Source: Spirochaetaceae bacterium
GTDB lineage: Bacteria; Spirochaetota; Spirochaetia; DSM-2461
Reading direction: 5' to 3'
Length of the DNA: 64,000 nucleotides
Assembly: GCA_965224705.1 (NCBI GenBank)
Contig: OZ245056.1
Coordinates: 1,920,001-1,984,000, forward strand
Shown here: positions 39,289 to 50,210 of the stretch, one piece after another
Numbering within the stretch: the stretch's first letter is position 1
Layout of the letters: each line of letters starts with the position of its first letter
Notes under the pieces: model-generated
The model's input: only the letters and a program-made list of their open reading frames with translations
Databases searched by the model: none
Told to the model about the DNA's origin: nothing
Translations under genes and position numbers: made by a program

Positions 39289-40905
39289 ATGAAAAGAACA
39301 TTGATTTTTATTACCGGTATTGCCATTCTTACGGCAGCTTTCTTAATCGGCTGCAGCAGGGAGCCTGAAGTACAGGCGGTTGTGATGAACTGGAATCTCA
39401 GCAGCTCCGGGCCGAAAACAATTGATCCCGGACTCAACGGTGCCAGTGATGGGGGCCACGTGGGGAATCAACTCTTTGAAGGCCTGGTTCGGGAGCAGGA
39501 TGGTGTTGTGGTTCCCGGTATTGCCGAAGACTGGGAATTCTCCAGCGACAACAAAACCCTTACCTTCCATCTCAGAGATTCTAAATGGTCCGATGGCTCC
39601 AAACTCACGGCCAATGATTTCGTCTACTCATGGAAAAGAGGCATGAACCCCGAAACCGGATCGGAGTATTCCTGGATCTGGGAATATACAAACATCGTCG
39701 GTGCTCAGGAAGCAGCCGAAGGGAATGGAAGTCTGGATGATGTTGGCATAAGGGCCCTTGATGACCAAACCCTTGAGATTACACTGAAAAACCCAACGAA
39801 CTACCTGGTATCCCTCCTGTCCTTCTATCACTTCCACCCGGTGAAAAAATCTGCCGTTGACGCTGGAGCGGAAGGAACATGGGCATCGAATCCTGAAATC
39901 TTTGTTGGAAACGGTCCATTCATGGTGACGGAGTACAACATCGGTGATGGTATGGTTATCGAAAAAAATCCCAATTACTGGAACACCGGTGAAGTAAAAA
40001 TTGATGTCATCAACATCGGGTTTATCAACGATCACTCAACAGCATACCAGGCATACCTGAATGGCGAGTTTGACTTTATTAACGAAGTCCCTCCATCGGA
40101 AGTTCCGCGGCTGGTTGCCGAAGAACCGGAGTTTTACATATTCCCGCAGTTGGGAACCTATTATTACAACTTCAACATGGATCTGGATATGTGGCAGGAT
40201 GTGCGTGTCCGCAAGGCTCTCACTCTTGCGATAGACCGCAATAGAATTGTCGAAGTTATGGCCAAGGGCAACATACCGGCTTCTGGATTTGTACCCCCCG
40301 GATTCCCGGATCATGAAGGCAATGATTTTTTCGAGAAAGCGGGAACTTATGGTATCGTCAACGATGGCAGCAGGGCTGATGAGGCGAAGGAACTCATGGC
40401 GGAAGCCGGCTATCCTGACGGTGAAGGATTCCCAAAGTTCACCCTGATGTACAACACATCCGAAGGTCATCAGCTTGTTGCTGAAATGGTACAGGAGATG
40501 TGGAAAACAAATCTGGGAATTGAGTGCGATCTTGAAAACCAGGAATGGGCCGTGTTTCAGGATACAAGGAAGGAAGGTGACTACGAAGTGGCTCGAGGCG
40601 GCTGGATAACAGACTTCCTGGATCCCATGGGCTTGCTGGCAATTTTCCAGTCGAACAATGACTATAATGATCCCAATTATTACAACAGTACTTATGATGA
40701 ACTGGTATCGGCCGCCAATGAATCGGTGGGAGCGGATCATTTTGAGAAGCTCTATGCGGCGCAGGAAATTCTTATGACCGATCTTCCCATTGTACCGGTT
40801 TACCATTACACAAGGATGTTCCTTTCTTCTCCTCAGGTGAAAAACTGGACACGCTCCAAGCTGGGAACACTGGATTTCTCATCGGCGTATATTGAAAGGG
40901 AATAA
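39289..40905 (+). CDS. oppA: Oligopeptide ABC transporter substrate-binding lipoprotein
   Basis: Lipobox LIGC, LFEGL, KWSDG..LTA.DFVYSW, GNGPF, KNPNYW, VRKAL.LAIDR. Confidence 0.92.
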   Translation: MKRTLIFITGIAILTAAFLIGCSREPEVQAVVMNWNLSSSGPKTIDPGLNGASDGGHVGNQLFEGLVREQDGVVVPGIAEDWEFSSDNKTLTFHLRDSKWSDGSKLTANDFVYSWKRGMNPETGSEYSWIWEYTNIVGAQEAAEGNGSLDDVGIRALDDQTLEITLKNPTNYLVSLLSFYHFHPVKKSAVDAGAEGTWASNPEIFVGNGPFMVTEYNIGDGMVIEKNPNYWNTGEVKIDVINIGFINDHSTAYQAYLNGEFDFINEVPPSEVPRLVAEEPEFYIFPQLGTYYYNFNMDLDMWQDVRVRKALTLAIDRNRIVEVMAKGNIPASGFVPPGFPDHEGNDFFEKAGTYGIVNDGSRADEAKELMAEAGYPDGEGFPKFTLMYNTSEGHQLVAEMVQEMWKTNLGIECDLENQEWAVFQDTRKEGDYEVARGGWITDFLDPMGLLAIFQSNNDYNDPNYYNSTYDELVSAANESVGADHFEKLYAAQEILMTDLPIVPVYHYTRMFLSSPQVKNWTRSKLGTLDFSSAYIERE

Positions 40906-40910
40906 TGAAA

Positions 40911-40939
40911 ACAGGGCTGTTTATCGAAACATGCCCTGT
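40911..40939 (+). terminator. Intercistronic hairpin after oppA
   Basis: ACAGGGCTGTTT-ATCG-AAACATGCCCTGT. Confidence 0.6.
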
Positions 40940-40968
40940 ATCTTTTCCAGAGGGGATGGAATAGCTGA

Positions 40969-41898
40969 ATGAGAAATTACTTTATAAAGCGGTTCATACA
41001 ATCTCTACTCACAGTCATTCTCATTGCGTCCGTAACATTTTTCATGATGCACTCCATCCCTGGAGGTCCGTTCACCAGAGAACGCCCCGTCCCCGATGAA
41101 ATCATGCGTGCTCTGAATGCCAAGTACAATCTGGATGCTCCTCTCATTGTTCAGTACTACGATTACATGAAGGGTCTGGTCACATTCGATCTGGGCCCGT
41201 CCTTCTCGAAGATTGGCGTATCGGTGAATGAGCTGATCGCCACGGGTTTTCCTGTTACGGGCCGGATTGGTCTCCTTGCGGCTCTTTTCATCATTGTGAT
41301 TGGAGTTCCTGTCGGCATAATTTCCGCCATCCGGCAGAACAAGCCGATTGATTACTTTGTGATGTTTATGGCCACTCTTGGAGTAACAATACCAAGTTTT
41401 GTTCTGGCAACACTGTATATATTTGTGTTTGCGGGCAAACTTGGATGGGTTCCAACCTATGGCGCCAAAACACCGGCGTCATACATCGGGCCGATGATTG
41501 CCCTGAGCGGGTATTCCCTGTCCTTTGTGGCCAGACTGACCCGGTCTTCCATGCTTGAAGTTCTACGTCAGGATTACATAAGAACCGCAAAGGCCAATGG
41601 GCTTTCCACGCTTTCTGTTATCGGCAAGCATGCGCTCAAAAACGCTCTCATTCCAGTTGTTACCTATCTTGGGCCAACCATCGCGGCAATCATGACGGGC
41701 TCTTTTGTTGTGGAACGTATTTTTGCCATTCCGGGAATTGGTCAGTATTTTGTAGAAAGTGTCTCCAACAGGGATTATACAATGATCATCGGTATCACCG
41801 TATTCTATGCCATATTCTATGTTATGATGGTTTACATTGTTGATATGCTGTATGCCGTTATCGATCCTCGAATAAAATTTGAACGGAAAAACCACTGA
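40969..41898 (+). CDS. oppB: Oligopeptide ABC permease
   Basis: PGGPF, DLGPS, RSSMLEVL.QDYIRTAKA.G, KHALKNA. Confidence 0.92.
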   Translation: MRNYFIKRFIQSLLTVILIASVTFFMMHSIPGGPFTRERPVPDEIMRALNAKYNLDAPLIVQYYDYMKGLVTFDLGPSFSKIGVSVNELIATGFPVTGRIGLLAALFIIVIGVPVGIISAIRQNKPIDYFVMFMATLGVTIPSFVLATLYIFVFAGKLGWVPTYGAKTPASYIGPMIALSGYSLSFVARLTRSSMLEVLRQDYIRTAKANGLSTLSVIGKHALKNALIPVVTYLGPTIAAIMTGSFVVERIFAIPGIGQYFVESVSNRDYTMIIGITVFYAIFYVMMVYIVDMLYAVIDPRIKFERKNH

Positions 41899-43085
41899 TG
41901 AGTACCACTGATTTTAGTTTTGTGCCCCGGGAGGAGTGTTCCAATCAGGAAGTGCTGAGGAAATCGCACACATACTGGCAGGATGCGTGGCGGAGATTGT
42001 GCTGTCACAAACTCGCCATGACAGGACTGGTGGGTGTGGTTTTCATCGTCCTGACGGCTGTATTCGGCCCATTATTCTTCCAGCGTTCCTATTCCGATCA
42101 AAATCTTGATTTCTCCAATGTTCCACCCCGAATGGATATCTACGAAATTGCCGATGACTATTATGTTTATCTGACTCACGACTACAAACTTCTGCGGATC
42201 AGTGAAAAAGGTGAAATTCTTCATCGTCTGAAACTGCAGGACAAGGATGTTGTCAATAAGCTCTACACCTATGTCGATGGTGAGAAATCCGTTGAGCTTG
42301 ATTTTTCCTACAATCTTCTGCCGGGGAAGACCGCTGACTATGACTATACTTTTTCAGCCAATGGCGGCCCGATAATTTCAGAGAAGTATAAAAGAGTCCG
42401 AAATAAAACCTATCCCTTCGGCAGCGATATTGTTGGACGCGGAATTCTCATACGGGTGATTTACGGTGCCAGAATTTCCCTCACCATAGCCTTTGTTGCC
42501 ACCATTGCCAATCTTCTTATCGGAGTCACATGGGGAAGTATTGCCGCCTGGGAGGGGGGACGGGTTGATACTCTGATGATGCGTTTTGTTGACCTCCTCA
42601 CCACCATTCCATTGGTTATCTACGTCATACTCATCATGGTTCTCGTCGGTAATCGCGGACTCTGGACGATGACTATCGCCCTGGGATCTATTTACTGGGT
42701 TGTGATGGCACGGCTGGTCCGTGGTCAGGTTCTCTCCCTCAAAGAGCAGGAATTTATTTTCGCGGCCGTCGCCCTTGGCGTGAGCCGAAGGCGAATCATC
42801 GTCCGGCATCTCATTCCCAATGCCATAGGGCCCATCATTGTAACCATGACCATGATGATCCCCCGGGCAGTTTTTACCGAGGCCTTTATTGGATTCATCG
42901 GATTGGGTGTTTCAGCGCCCATGGCTTCCTGGGGAACCCTGGCAAGCGATGCCCTTTCCGGGCTGCTGTCCTACCCCTACCAGTTGTTTTTCCCAGCACT
43001 GGCCATTGCGTTTACCATGCTTTCATTCAACTTCCTGGGAGATGGCCTGCGGGATGCTCTCGATCCCCGATTGAGGAAGGGCTAG
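41898..43085 (+). CDS. oppC: Oligopeptide ABC permease with an enlarged extracytoplasmic loop
   Basis: YWQDAWRR, FGSD..GR, G.RISL, RH.IPN, FLGDGLRDALDP. Confidence 0.9.
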   Translation: MSTTDFSFVPREECSNQEVLRKSHTYWQDAWRRLCCHKLAMTGLVGVVFIVLTAVFGPLFFQRSYSDQNLDFSNVPPRMDIYEIADDYYVYLTHDYKLLRISEKGEILHRLKLQDKDVVNKLYTYVDGEKSVELDFSYNLLPGKTADYDYTFSANGGPIISEKYKRVRNKTYPFGSDIVGRGILIRVIYGARISLTIAFVATIANLLIGVTWGSIAAWEGGRVDTLMMRFVDLLTTIPLVIYVILIMVLVGNRGLWTMTIALGSIYWVVMARLVRGQVLSLKEQEFIFAAVALGVSRRRIIVRHLIPNAIGPIIVTMTMMIPRAVFTEAFIGFIGLGVSAPMASWGTLASDALSGLLSYPYQLFFPALAIAFTMLSFNFLGDGLRDALDPRLRKG

Positions 43086-43091
43086 GGAATC

Positions 43092-44117
43092 ATGGATCAA
43101 ACAGTACTGGAAGTAGAAAACCTTCGAACATCTTTTTACTCTCATCTCGGTGAGATACAGGCGGTGCGCGGTTCATCGTTTACATTGAAGCAGGGCGATG
43201 TTCTGGGCATCGCGGGTGAATCGGGTTCAGGAAAAAGTGTCACAGCCCTGTCCATCATGGGACTTATTGAAAGCCCAGGGAAAATCAAGTCAGGAAGCAT
43301 CCATTTTAACGGGAAGGATCTCACCAGATTGTCCGGGAAGGAACTTCGCGCCGTCAGGGGCAAGGAAATTTCAATGATATTCCAGGATCCCATGACTTCG
43401 CTCAATCCTGTGTACACAATTGAAAACCAGATGGTGGAAGTTCTCCGAGAACACAACAGAGGCATGACCCGAAAACAGGCTGCCGCCCGGGCTGTCGAGA
43501 TGCTGGAACTTGTCGGTATTCCAGAACCCCATATTCGGATAAAAAGCTATGCGCACGAATTCTCAGGAGGGATGAGACAGCGTGTGATGATAGCCACGGC
43601 CCTCTCCTGCGGGCCGCAGCTCCTCATTGCTGATGAACCAACCACGGCATTGGATGTTACGATTCAGGCCCAGATTCTGGAACTGATGAACAGTCTCAAA
43701 GAGCGGATTAACACCTCCATAATCCTCATCACTCACGATCTTGGAGTCATTGCCGAGATATGCGACCAGATCATCGTGATGTATGGGGGAACCATCATGG
43801 AAAAAGGCACGGTGGATGAAATCTTCTACAACCCCCAGAATCCCTACACAGTGGGCCTTCATCAGTCTGTCCCGAAGATGAGAGATTCAGGCAGTAAAAA
43901 GCGTCTGATTCCCATTGAAGGCTCTCCTCCCGATCTCCTCAACCCTCCCGGTGGATGTCCATTCTTCCCGCGCTGCCCCCATACAATGCGAATCTGCATG
44001 GAGAAACCGCCGCCCAGCACTCAGCTCAGTGATACCCATACCTCATCCTGCTGGCTCTTTGACAGGGATGCCCCCAGAGTGGAAAATTACAGAAAGGAAG
44101 AGGCCATCAATGCCTGA
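43092..44117 (+). CDS. oppD: Oligopeptide ABC ATPase
   Basis: [44 protein letters not shown]. Confidence 0.92.
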   Translation: MDQTVLEVENLRTSFYSHLGEIQAVRGSSFTLKQGDVLGIAGESGSGKSVTALSIMGLIESPGKIKSGSIHFNGKDLTRLSGKELRAVRGKEISMIFQDPMTSLNPVYTIENQMVEVLREHNRGMTRKQAAARAVEMLELVGIPEPHIRIKSYAHEFSGGMRQRVMIATALSCGPQLLIADEPTTALDVTIQAQILELMNSLKERINTSIILITHDLGVIAEICDQIIVMYGGTIMEKGTVDEIFYNPQNPYTVGLHQSVPKMRDSGSKKRLIPIEGSPPDLLNPPGGCPFFPRCPHTMRICMEKPPPSTQLSDTHTSSCWLFDRDAPRVENYRKEEAINA

Positions 44118-45102
44118 GACAGACTCCCTGCTCGTGGTCAACAACCTCAAAAAACACTTTCCGACAGGCAGCGGAGGTATTCTGAGCAGGAAGAAATCCC
44201 TCATCAAAGCTGTGGACGGAGTGTCTTTTTCAATCACCCGGGGAAAAACTCTGGGACTGGTGGGAGAATCCGGATGTGGAAAATCAACAACGGGCCGGAC
44301 AATCCTTCGGCTGTATAAGCCCACAGATGGAGATGTTCTCTTCGATGGTGAGGACATTTCCAATACGCCCCAGAAGAATCTTTTTCCTTACCGCAAAAGA
44401 ATGCAGATGATTTTTCAGGATCCTTATGCCTCTCTGAATTCCCGCATGACAGTCACCGACATAATCGGAGAGGGTATGACGACGCACAATATATATAAAG
44501 GAAAGGAAAAACAGGAACGCATATTTGATTTACTTAATCGCGTCGGATTGAAAAGAGAGCATGCGAACCGATACCCCCACGAGTTTTCCGGCGGGCAAAG
44601 GCAGCGAGTTGGCATAGCCCGTGCCCTGGCCGTAGAACCGGAACTGATTATTTGTGATGAACCCATATCGGCCCTCGATGTATCCATTCAGGCCCAGGTC
44701 GTCAACATGCTGGAAGATCTGCAGAATGAGATGAAACTGACCTACCTGTTTATCGCGCACGACCTTTCCATGGTGAAGCATATCTCCGACCGTATCGCGG
44801 TGATGTACCTGGGTATGCTGACGGAAACGGCAGATAGCGATGAGCTGTACAGGAATCCCCAGCACCCCTATACAAAGGCTCTTCTCTCGGCCATCCCCTA
44901 TCCGGATCCGAAAATTACCCGCCAGAAGAAACGGATTGTACTGGAAGGGGATGTTCCTTCCCCTGTTGACCCTCCGGGAGGATGCCGATTTGCATCCCGC
45001 TGTCCTCTGAACAAGGGTGGGGAAAATGATATATGCCAGACGGTGACGCCGGAATTGGTGGAAAAAGATTCGGGGCACTTTGTTGCCTGCCACAAAGTTT
45101 GA
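44110..45102 (+). CDS. oppF: Oligopeptide ABC ATPase
   Basis: [38 protein letters not shown]. Confidence 0.92.
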   Translation: MPETDSLLVVNNLKKHFPTGSGGILSRKKSLIKAVDGVSFSITRGKTLGLVGESGCGKSTTGRTILRLYKPTDGDVLFDGEDISNTPQKNLFPYRKRMQMIFQDPYASLNSRMTVTDIIGEGMTTHNIYKGKEKQERIFDLLNRVGLKREHANRYPHEFSGGQRQRVGIARALAVEPELIICDEPISALDVSIQAQVVNMLEDLQNEMKLTYLFIAHDLSMVKHISDRIAVMYLGMLTETADSDELYRNPQHPYTKALLSAIPYPDPKITRQKKRIVLEGDVPSPVDPPGGCRFASRCPLNKGGENDICQTVTPELVEKDSGHFVACHKV

Positions 45103-45107
45103 ACGCA

Positions 45108-45470
45108 TTACTTCATGCCTAACAGTTTGAAAATAGTTTGCAAAACCTTATCCGCTTCAAAGGGTTTAACAATGAAATCCTTTGCCCCCAGGGAAAGTGC
45201 TTCAAAAACCTGCTTCTTCTGACCGACAGCACTTACAATAACTATACGAGCTTCAGAATTATGCTGTATCATTTTTTTGAGAGTTTCAATTCCATCCATT
45301 TCCGGCATGGCAATGTCAAGCGTTACAAAGTCAGGGCTGTGAATTTTGAAATTTGCCAGGCCGTCCACACCATTGACAGCTTCACTTACAATCTCAAAAT
45401 GGGGTCCCAGAATATCCCTCAGCCTCATTCTCATCACGGCCGCATCATCAACAATCATCCCCTTATACAT
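45108..45470 (-). CDS. CheY-like single-domain response regulator
   Basis: IVDD, LDIAMPEMDG, VSA, FIVKPF. Confidence 0.88.
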   Translation of the reverse strand: MYKGMIVDDAAVMRMRLRDILGPHFEIVSEAVNGVDGLANFKIHSPDFVTLDIAMPEMDGIETLKKMIQHNSEARIVIVSAVGQKKQVFEALSLGAKDFIVKPFEADKVLQTIFKLLGMK

Positions 45471-45948
45471 GCTCAACCTCTTGAACCTGACTCTGCAGTG
45501 CCAGATTCAATTCCAACTGGCCGATACTGGAATTAAAAGATAGAAAAACTGTCGGAATATCATAAGCATCAAAGCTCCTTTCTGGATGAGTGATAATGGA
45601 AGGAGTTGTGATTTTAATCAGCTTATCATCTCCAGCCAACCCGATGCTGGCCTGACCGGTTATCATATTGGCAAGCTCGCAGACCGCACTCTGGACCATC
45701 TCCCCTACCTCATGAGGCTGTTTTTTACCTGTCATGGCCGTGGCAACAGAATATGCAAAATCCCAATCCATTGAATAGATCACCTGTCCGTAAATGGGGC
45801 CTTTTATACCAATTAGAATCGAAACAGGCATGGAGGAATGAGTGTTTTTTCTTCTGCCGATACCACTTCTCTCCAGATTGATATGTATTTCCTTATCAAA
45901 TATCAATTTTGCACTGTTAACAAAGAAATTGATATACTCGTATCTCAT
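45463..45948 (-). CDS. cheX: Chemotaxis phosphatase CheX
   Basis: IGIKG...G.V.YSM, SAVCELANMITG, ITTPSII. Confidence 0.85.
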   Translation of the reverse strand: MRYEYINFFVNSAKLIFDKEIHINLERSGIGRRKNTHSSMPVSILIGIKGPIYGQVIYSMDWDFAYSVATAMTGKKQPHEVGEMVQSAVCELANMITGQASIGLAGDDKLIKITTPSIITHPERSFDAYDIPTVFLSFNSSIGQLELNLALQSQVQEVEHV

Positions 45949-45963
45949 CCAGTCACCATACCC

Positions 45964-47577
45964 TTACTGAAATGGTACAAACATACTGATCGAAGTTCCC
46001 CTGTCTATCGCTGTTTTTATTGATAACTGGCCACCCAATCTATCAATCTCAGTCTTTACAGTCCAGAGCCCAAGACCCCGGCCGGAAATTTCTGTCAGGT
46101 TTTCTGCTGTCGAAAAATCTCTTAAAAAAAGCAACTCCAGTATTTCATCGGAGTTGTAGGTTTTATCATTGGAAAGAATTCCTTCACGTCTGCCAATGGC
46201 CTCAATTTCCTGTACAGAAATACCCCTGCCGTCATCGATGAAGCTGATTTCCATACCATCATTGTGTACTTTGATGTCGATAAAAACTTCCCCCTGAGCG
46301 GGTTTATTCTTCTTTTTTCTCTCCAGAGGAGTTTCAATACCATGATCAATCATGTTTCTCACCAGATGGGCAAAAGTACAGAGTAAATCATCGTAGATTT
46401 CAGGCAGGATCTGGATATCATCCCCTCTAATCTCAAGAGGCTTAACTTCCTTGCCAAGAGACTTTGCCAGTCTCTGGCTCATGGGAGGATATGGAGCCAG
46501 CAGGGCATGAAGGGAAATTCTCCTGAACTGTTGAACAGAGCCGAAAATTTCATTGTCACTACCGTATTTTTTTGCGATAGACTCCTCTAACTGGAGGTAA
46601 TGGTGGTAGGGAATGGAGACCTGGTCAATTCTGTTCAGCCATTTCTCGCCAAACAAATTCAGTACAATATCTGATTCATCCTCATACGCTTTCTTCAAAG
46701 AACTGACCTGTGAGGGGATGTCGATTGCCTCATTACAGGCTATTTTATCAGAAATATAGTTTTCAAAGTTATTGGCAGCAGTATGTGTTGCTTCAAATGC
46801 AAAAAAGGAAGCACTCCCCTTAAATGTATGAATCATTCTCTGAAGGGTTTCATAATCTTCATTCTCCACATCTCCCAACCTGCTGAAAGTTTGAAAGACT
46901 GCCTCTGCCTCCTTCAGGAAGGAGGAGAAGAATTTCTGGTGAGATAGTATCTGGAAAACCATATTCCTGAGTTTCTCTTCTTTTTCCTCTTTTTCCTTCA
47001 GTAGTAACTGGAGGGTAATATCGGTCATGATACCAAGCACCTGAGTCCGGTCGATCATCCTGTATTCAATCTTTATGGTTTTACTGTTAATGGTGATTTC
47101 CCTGTCCATCAGATCAAAAACAACATCGGCCTTACTGATATCAGTGAAGAGAAGTGAAAACCCATCAATGAACTCTTCCTGTTTCCTCTTCTTGCTGAAT
47201 AGAAGCTCTGGGAGAAAGAGTCCAACAGGTTTTTTATTGAAAATTTCTTCGCATTTCCGTGAATAGTTTTCCTTAACAACAAAGTCTGCTCCGAACAGAA
47301 AAAATCCCTGACCTGTAACATCAAGCATGTTCTTGATTTTACTTGTCCGTTCCTGAACCATTTTTTCAAGGTTAACGTTTATCTTCTGCAATCTATCCTG
47401 CCGTACTCCGATCATCCGGGCAAACCAGCCCAGAAAAAATGGTGCCGAGCTTATAATAGAAAAAAGAATCCAGGGATTATTCGGAAGAAATGAAATGAAA
47501 AAAAGTGCGATAAGGGGAAAAAGGAATCCGAAAGTTATTCCATAAATCAAGTATTTTTTCGTGTAATTTGACAACAT
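45964..47577 (-). CDS. Membrane-anchored CheA-like histidine kinase (Hpt + HATPase, no CheW domain)
   Basis: Two N-terminal TMs, HTFKGSA Hpt, HLVRNMIDHGIE, DDGRG, FST...TEISGRGLG; ends right after the ATPase. Confidence 0.8.
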   Translation of the reverse strand: MLSNYTKKYLIYGITFGFLFPLIALFFISFLPNNPWILFSIISSAPFFLGWFARMIGVRQDRLQKINVNLEKMVQERTSKIKNMLDVTGQGFFLFGADFVVKENYSRKCEEIFNKKPVGLFLPELLFSKKRKQEEFIDGFSLLFTDISKADVVFDLMDREITINSKTIKIEYRMIDRTQVLGIMTDITLQLLLKEKEEKEEKLRNMVFQILSHQKFFSSFLKEAEAVFQTFSRLGDVENEDYETLQRMIHTFKGSASFFAFEATHTAANNFENYISDKIACNEAIDIPSQVSSLKKAYEDESDIVLNLFGEKWLNRIDQVSIPYHHYLQLEESIAKKYGSDNEIFGSVQQFRRISLHALLAPYPPMSQRLAKSLGKEVKPLEIRGDDIQILPEIYDDLLCTFAHLVRNMIDHGIETPLERKKKNKPAQGEVFIDIKVHNDGMEISFIDDGRGISVQEIEAIGRREGILSNDKTYNSDEILELLFLRDFSTAENLTEISGRGLGLWTVKTEIDRLGGQLSIKTAIDRGTSISMFVPFQ

Positions 47578-47753
47578 TCTCAGTTAATTGAAACGTATTT
47601 TCCCATTTCAATCAAGGTCTGTGATTCTGACAGCAAAGATCTTTGTCCGGTATTGGAGATTGCACCGGAAAATATGGCAATTCCATGTATTTGAAATCAA
47701 CAACAGCACCCATGATTGACACTTGCACAAACATTGAAGAAAAATACACGGCA

Positions 47754-48857
47754 ATGAACAAAAAAATCAATGTTGGGATACTCTGCGGAGGACGTTCCTG
47801 TGAGCACGAAGTCTCGGTGGCTTCCACCCGCTCCGTTCTGGAAGCTGTCAACCGCGATAAATACAACATTACTCTTATTGGAATATCAAAAAAAGGTCAG
47901 TGGCTAACCCCTTCTGGAGATGCCTTGAGACTTCTTCAGGGTGGTACGGTTGAGAAAGACGATAATCATTCAGTTTTACTGGACTATTCTGATTCCAGAA
48001 AACTGTTGGCTTCTGAGACATTGAAATCACTCAGCCAGTCCATTGATGTGCTTTTTCCCATACTGCATGGTCCATTTGGTGAAGATGGTACGGTTCAAGG
48101 ATTACTTGAACTATCCGGCATACCCTACGTAGGATCCGGTGTGACAGGATCGGCGGTCGGCATGGACAAGGAAATGATGAAGCGAGTGTTTCGTTCGGAA
48201 AACCTGCCTCAGGTGAATTACACAGTGGTTACCCGCGAAAGGTGGAAAGCCTGCCCAGAGGAAGTTCAGCGAAGCACAGAAGAACAATTCACCTATCCAG
48301 TTTTTATAAAACCTGTCAATTCAGGTTCATCGGTCGGCATCAGCAAAATACACAATGCCGGTGAGTTCACTGCCGGAATGGATGAAGCCTGCAGCTTTGA
48401 CTACAGGGTGATGATAGAAGAAGAAGCCGCCAACTGCCGTGAAATTGAAGCCGCAGTTCTGGGGAATGAAACTCCGGAATCAGCATCAGTCATAGGCGAG
48501 ATTGTTCCCCATAACGATTTTTATGACTACGAAGCCAAGTATACCGAAGGCAGCACGGAGTTAATCATTCCAGCTCGAATTTCCCCGGAAACCAGGGATG
48601 AGATACGGAAAATGGCCATCACAGCATTCAAAACCATCGGTGCGGCTGGCCTGGCCCGTGTGGATTTCTTCGTCCGCAAAGATGATGAAGCAATTTTCCT
48701 TAACGAGATAAACACGATGCCCGGCTTCACACCGGTCAGCATGTATCCCCGACTCTGGATTGAATCAGGTGTTTCCTACACAGAACTCATCGACCGCCTC
48801 ATCCAATATGCCCTTGAGTACCATAGAACCAGACGAAACATGCGTGTCGTTCTCTAA
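47754..48857 (+). CDS. ddl: D-alanine--D-alanine ligase
   Basis: GGRS.EHEVS, LHGPFGEDGTVQG, GSSVGI, YDYEAKY, NEINTMPGFT..SMYP. Confidence 0.95.
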   Translation: MNKKINVGILCGGRSCEHEVSVASTRSVLEAVNRDKYNITLIGISKKGQWLTPSGDALRLLQGGTVEKDDNHSVLLDYSDSRKLLASETLKSLSQSIDVLFPILHGPFGEDGTVQGLLELSGIPYVGSGVTGSAVGMDKEMMKRVFRSENLPQVNYTVVTRERWKACPEEVQRSTEEQFTYPVFIKPVNSGSSVGISKIHNAGEFTAGMDEACSFDYRVMIEEEAANCREIEAAVLGNETPESASVIGEIVPHNDFYDYEAKYTEGSTELIIPARISPETRDEIRKMAITAFKTIGAAGLARVDFFVRKDDEAIFLNEINTMPGFTPVSMYPRLWIESGVSYTELIDRLIQYALEYHRTRRNMRVVL

Positions 48858-48865
48858 CCAGTACA

Positions 48866-49264
48866 ATGGCTGTTCGTTCCATAAAAAAACACAGGGTAAC
48901 CCGGATGATGCACTACCTCTTTCTTCTTCCCTTTCTGCCCGGAATTCGTTCGCTGATTACCAGGCACAGTACCTCTGATCTCGTAATTTACTTCTCTGGT
49001 TTTTGTCTTGTACTTATCCTGATTATTTTCAGCAATCATAAGCCATTATTGACGATGGAAGAATCCCGCCTTTCCCTCTACCTCAACCACCGCCGTACAG
49101 TAGCATATCTTCCCTACAAAGAAATATCTGCTTACAGGAAGCTGTCATCAGATCGTATCAGAATTCTTTCTCCGAACCATCATCCTGTCAATCTTTACAT
49201 TGGCAGAAAAGACATGAATCACCTTGTAGACAAACTCCAGGAGATGAACATTGCGATGCAGTAG
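48866..49264 (+). CDS. Hypothetical membrane protein
   Basis: 132 aa, two hydrophobic segments, operon-like spacing after ddl. Confidence 0.55.
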   Translation: MAVRSIKKHRVTRMMHYLFLLPFLPGIRSLITRHSTSDLVIYFSGFCLVLILIIFSNHKPLLTMEESRLSLYLNHRRTVAYLPYKEISAYRKLSSDRIRILSPNHHPVNLYIGRKDMNHLVDKLQEMNIAMQ

Positions 49265-50210
49265 AACCGTATTCCTCTCAGGATGGATCATCATTGCATC
49301 GTCACTGTTAACCTCCTGCAAGGAAGAGAAGGTGATGCCCACGGAACACCAGATTTCTCTGCTGAATAAGTGGCTTGATTCATCTCATCAGACTCCGGCC
49401 GAGAGCATCATTCAGGGATTCCAGCAGGGCCGCTCCGTTATACTTGCCCAGGATATGATTCTCCGCGGAGATACTGTGGATCTTGTCCGCTCCCTGATCC
49501 CTCTATTCTACAATCTTGGAATAAGAAACATCGGACTGTATCAATTTAATACAACCAGCCAGAAGGATCTGGACTGGTACTATGCCGATCCTGACCGGAA
49601 GAATGTTATCGACTCGCCCATGCCGTTTCTTGCATACATCGAATACAGAGAATTCCTGGAGTATATTAAAGACCTGAACAACCATAAGAAGCTCGGGGAA
49701 GAAGCCATCAGTATTGCAGCTCTGGGTGAAGGGGGAAGCATCTCTTCCTCCAGAGTCAATCAACTTCTGGAAGAGGGAAACTGCTTTTTATGGCTGAAAT
49801 CTACCGATCTTGTATCAATTCCACATACAGAAACCAATGAAGTGAAACCTCTTGTTCTTTTACATCACGGTCCCGGATCGGAGGGTTCGATCTGGAATGA
49901 ACTGATACTGCACACAAAAAATCAACGGCCACTCAGAGATGCCACTTTTGCCTTCAACCCGGATACTCCGCCATTTCACCTCTGGAAGTACAATCATCCC
50001 GTAAAACCGGACATTGTTATCGTCACAGTTTTTCCATACCGCGCCGTTACCACAGTCCCTGATTACCTAACCGAAGATATGACAGATGAAGTGCTGGCAA
50101 ATTTTCCTGAGATCCATATCCGCAATCCTCAGAATCTACCGCCATCTCGATTGAACAGGATTGTTAACCGGCAGGTGAAACGGTATGCCCGATTCCTGAG
50201 AAACTTATAA
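49251..50210 (+). CDS. Hypothetical lipoprotein
   Basis: Lipobox-like LLTSC near the N-terminus; long intact ORF. Confidence 0.6.
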   Translation: MRCSRTVFLSGWIIIASSLLTSCKEEKVMPTEHQISLLNKWLDSSHQTPAESIIQGFQQGRSVILAQDMILRGDTVDLVRSLIPLFYNLGIRNIGLYQFNTTSQKDLDWYYADPDRKNVIDSPMPFLAYIEYREFLEYIKDLNNHKKLGEEAISIAALGEGGSISSSRVNQLLEEGNCFLWLKSTDLVSIPHTETNEVKPLVLLHHGPGSEGSIWNELILHTKNQRPLRDATFAFNPDTPPFHLWKYNHPVKPDIVIVTVFPYRAVTTVPDYLTEDMTDEVLANFPEIHIRNPQNLPPSRLNRIVNRQVKRYARFLRNL

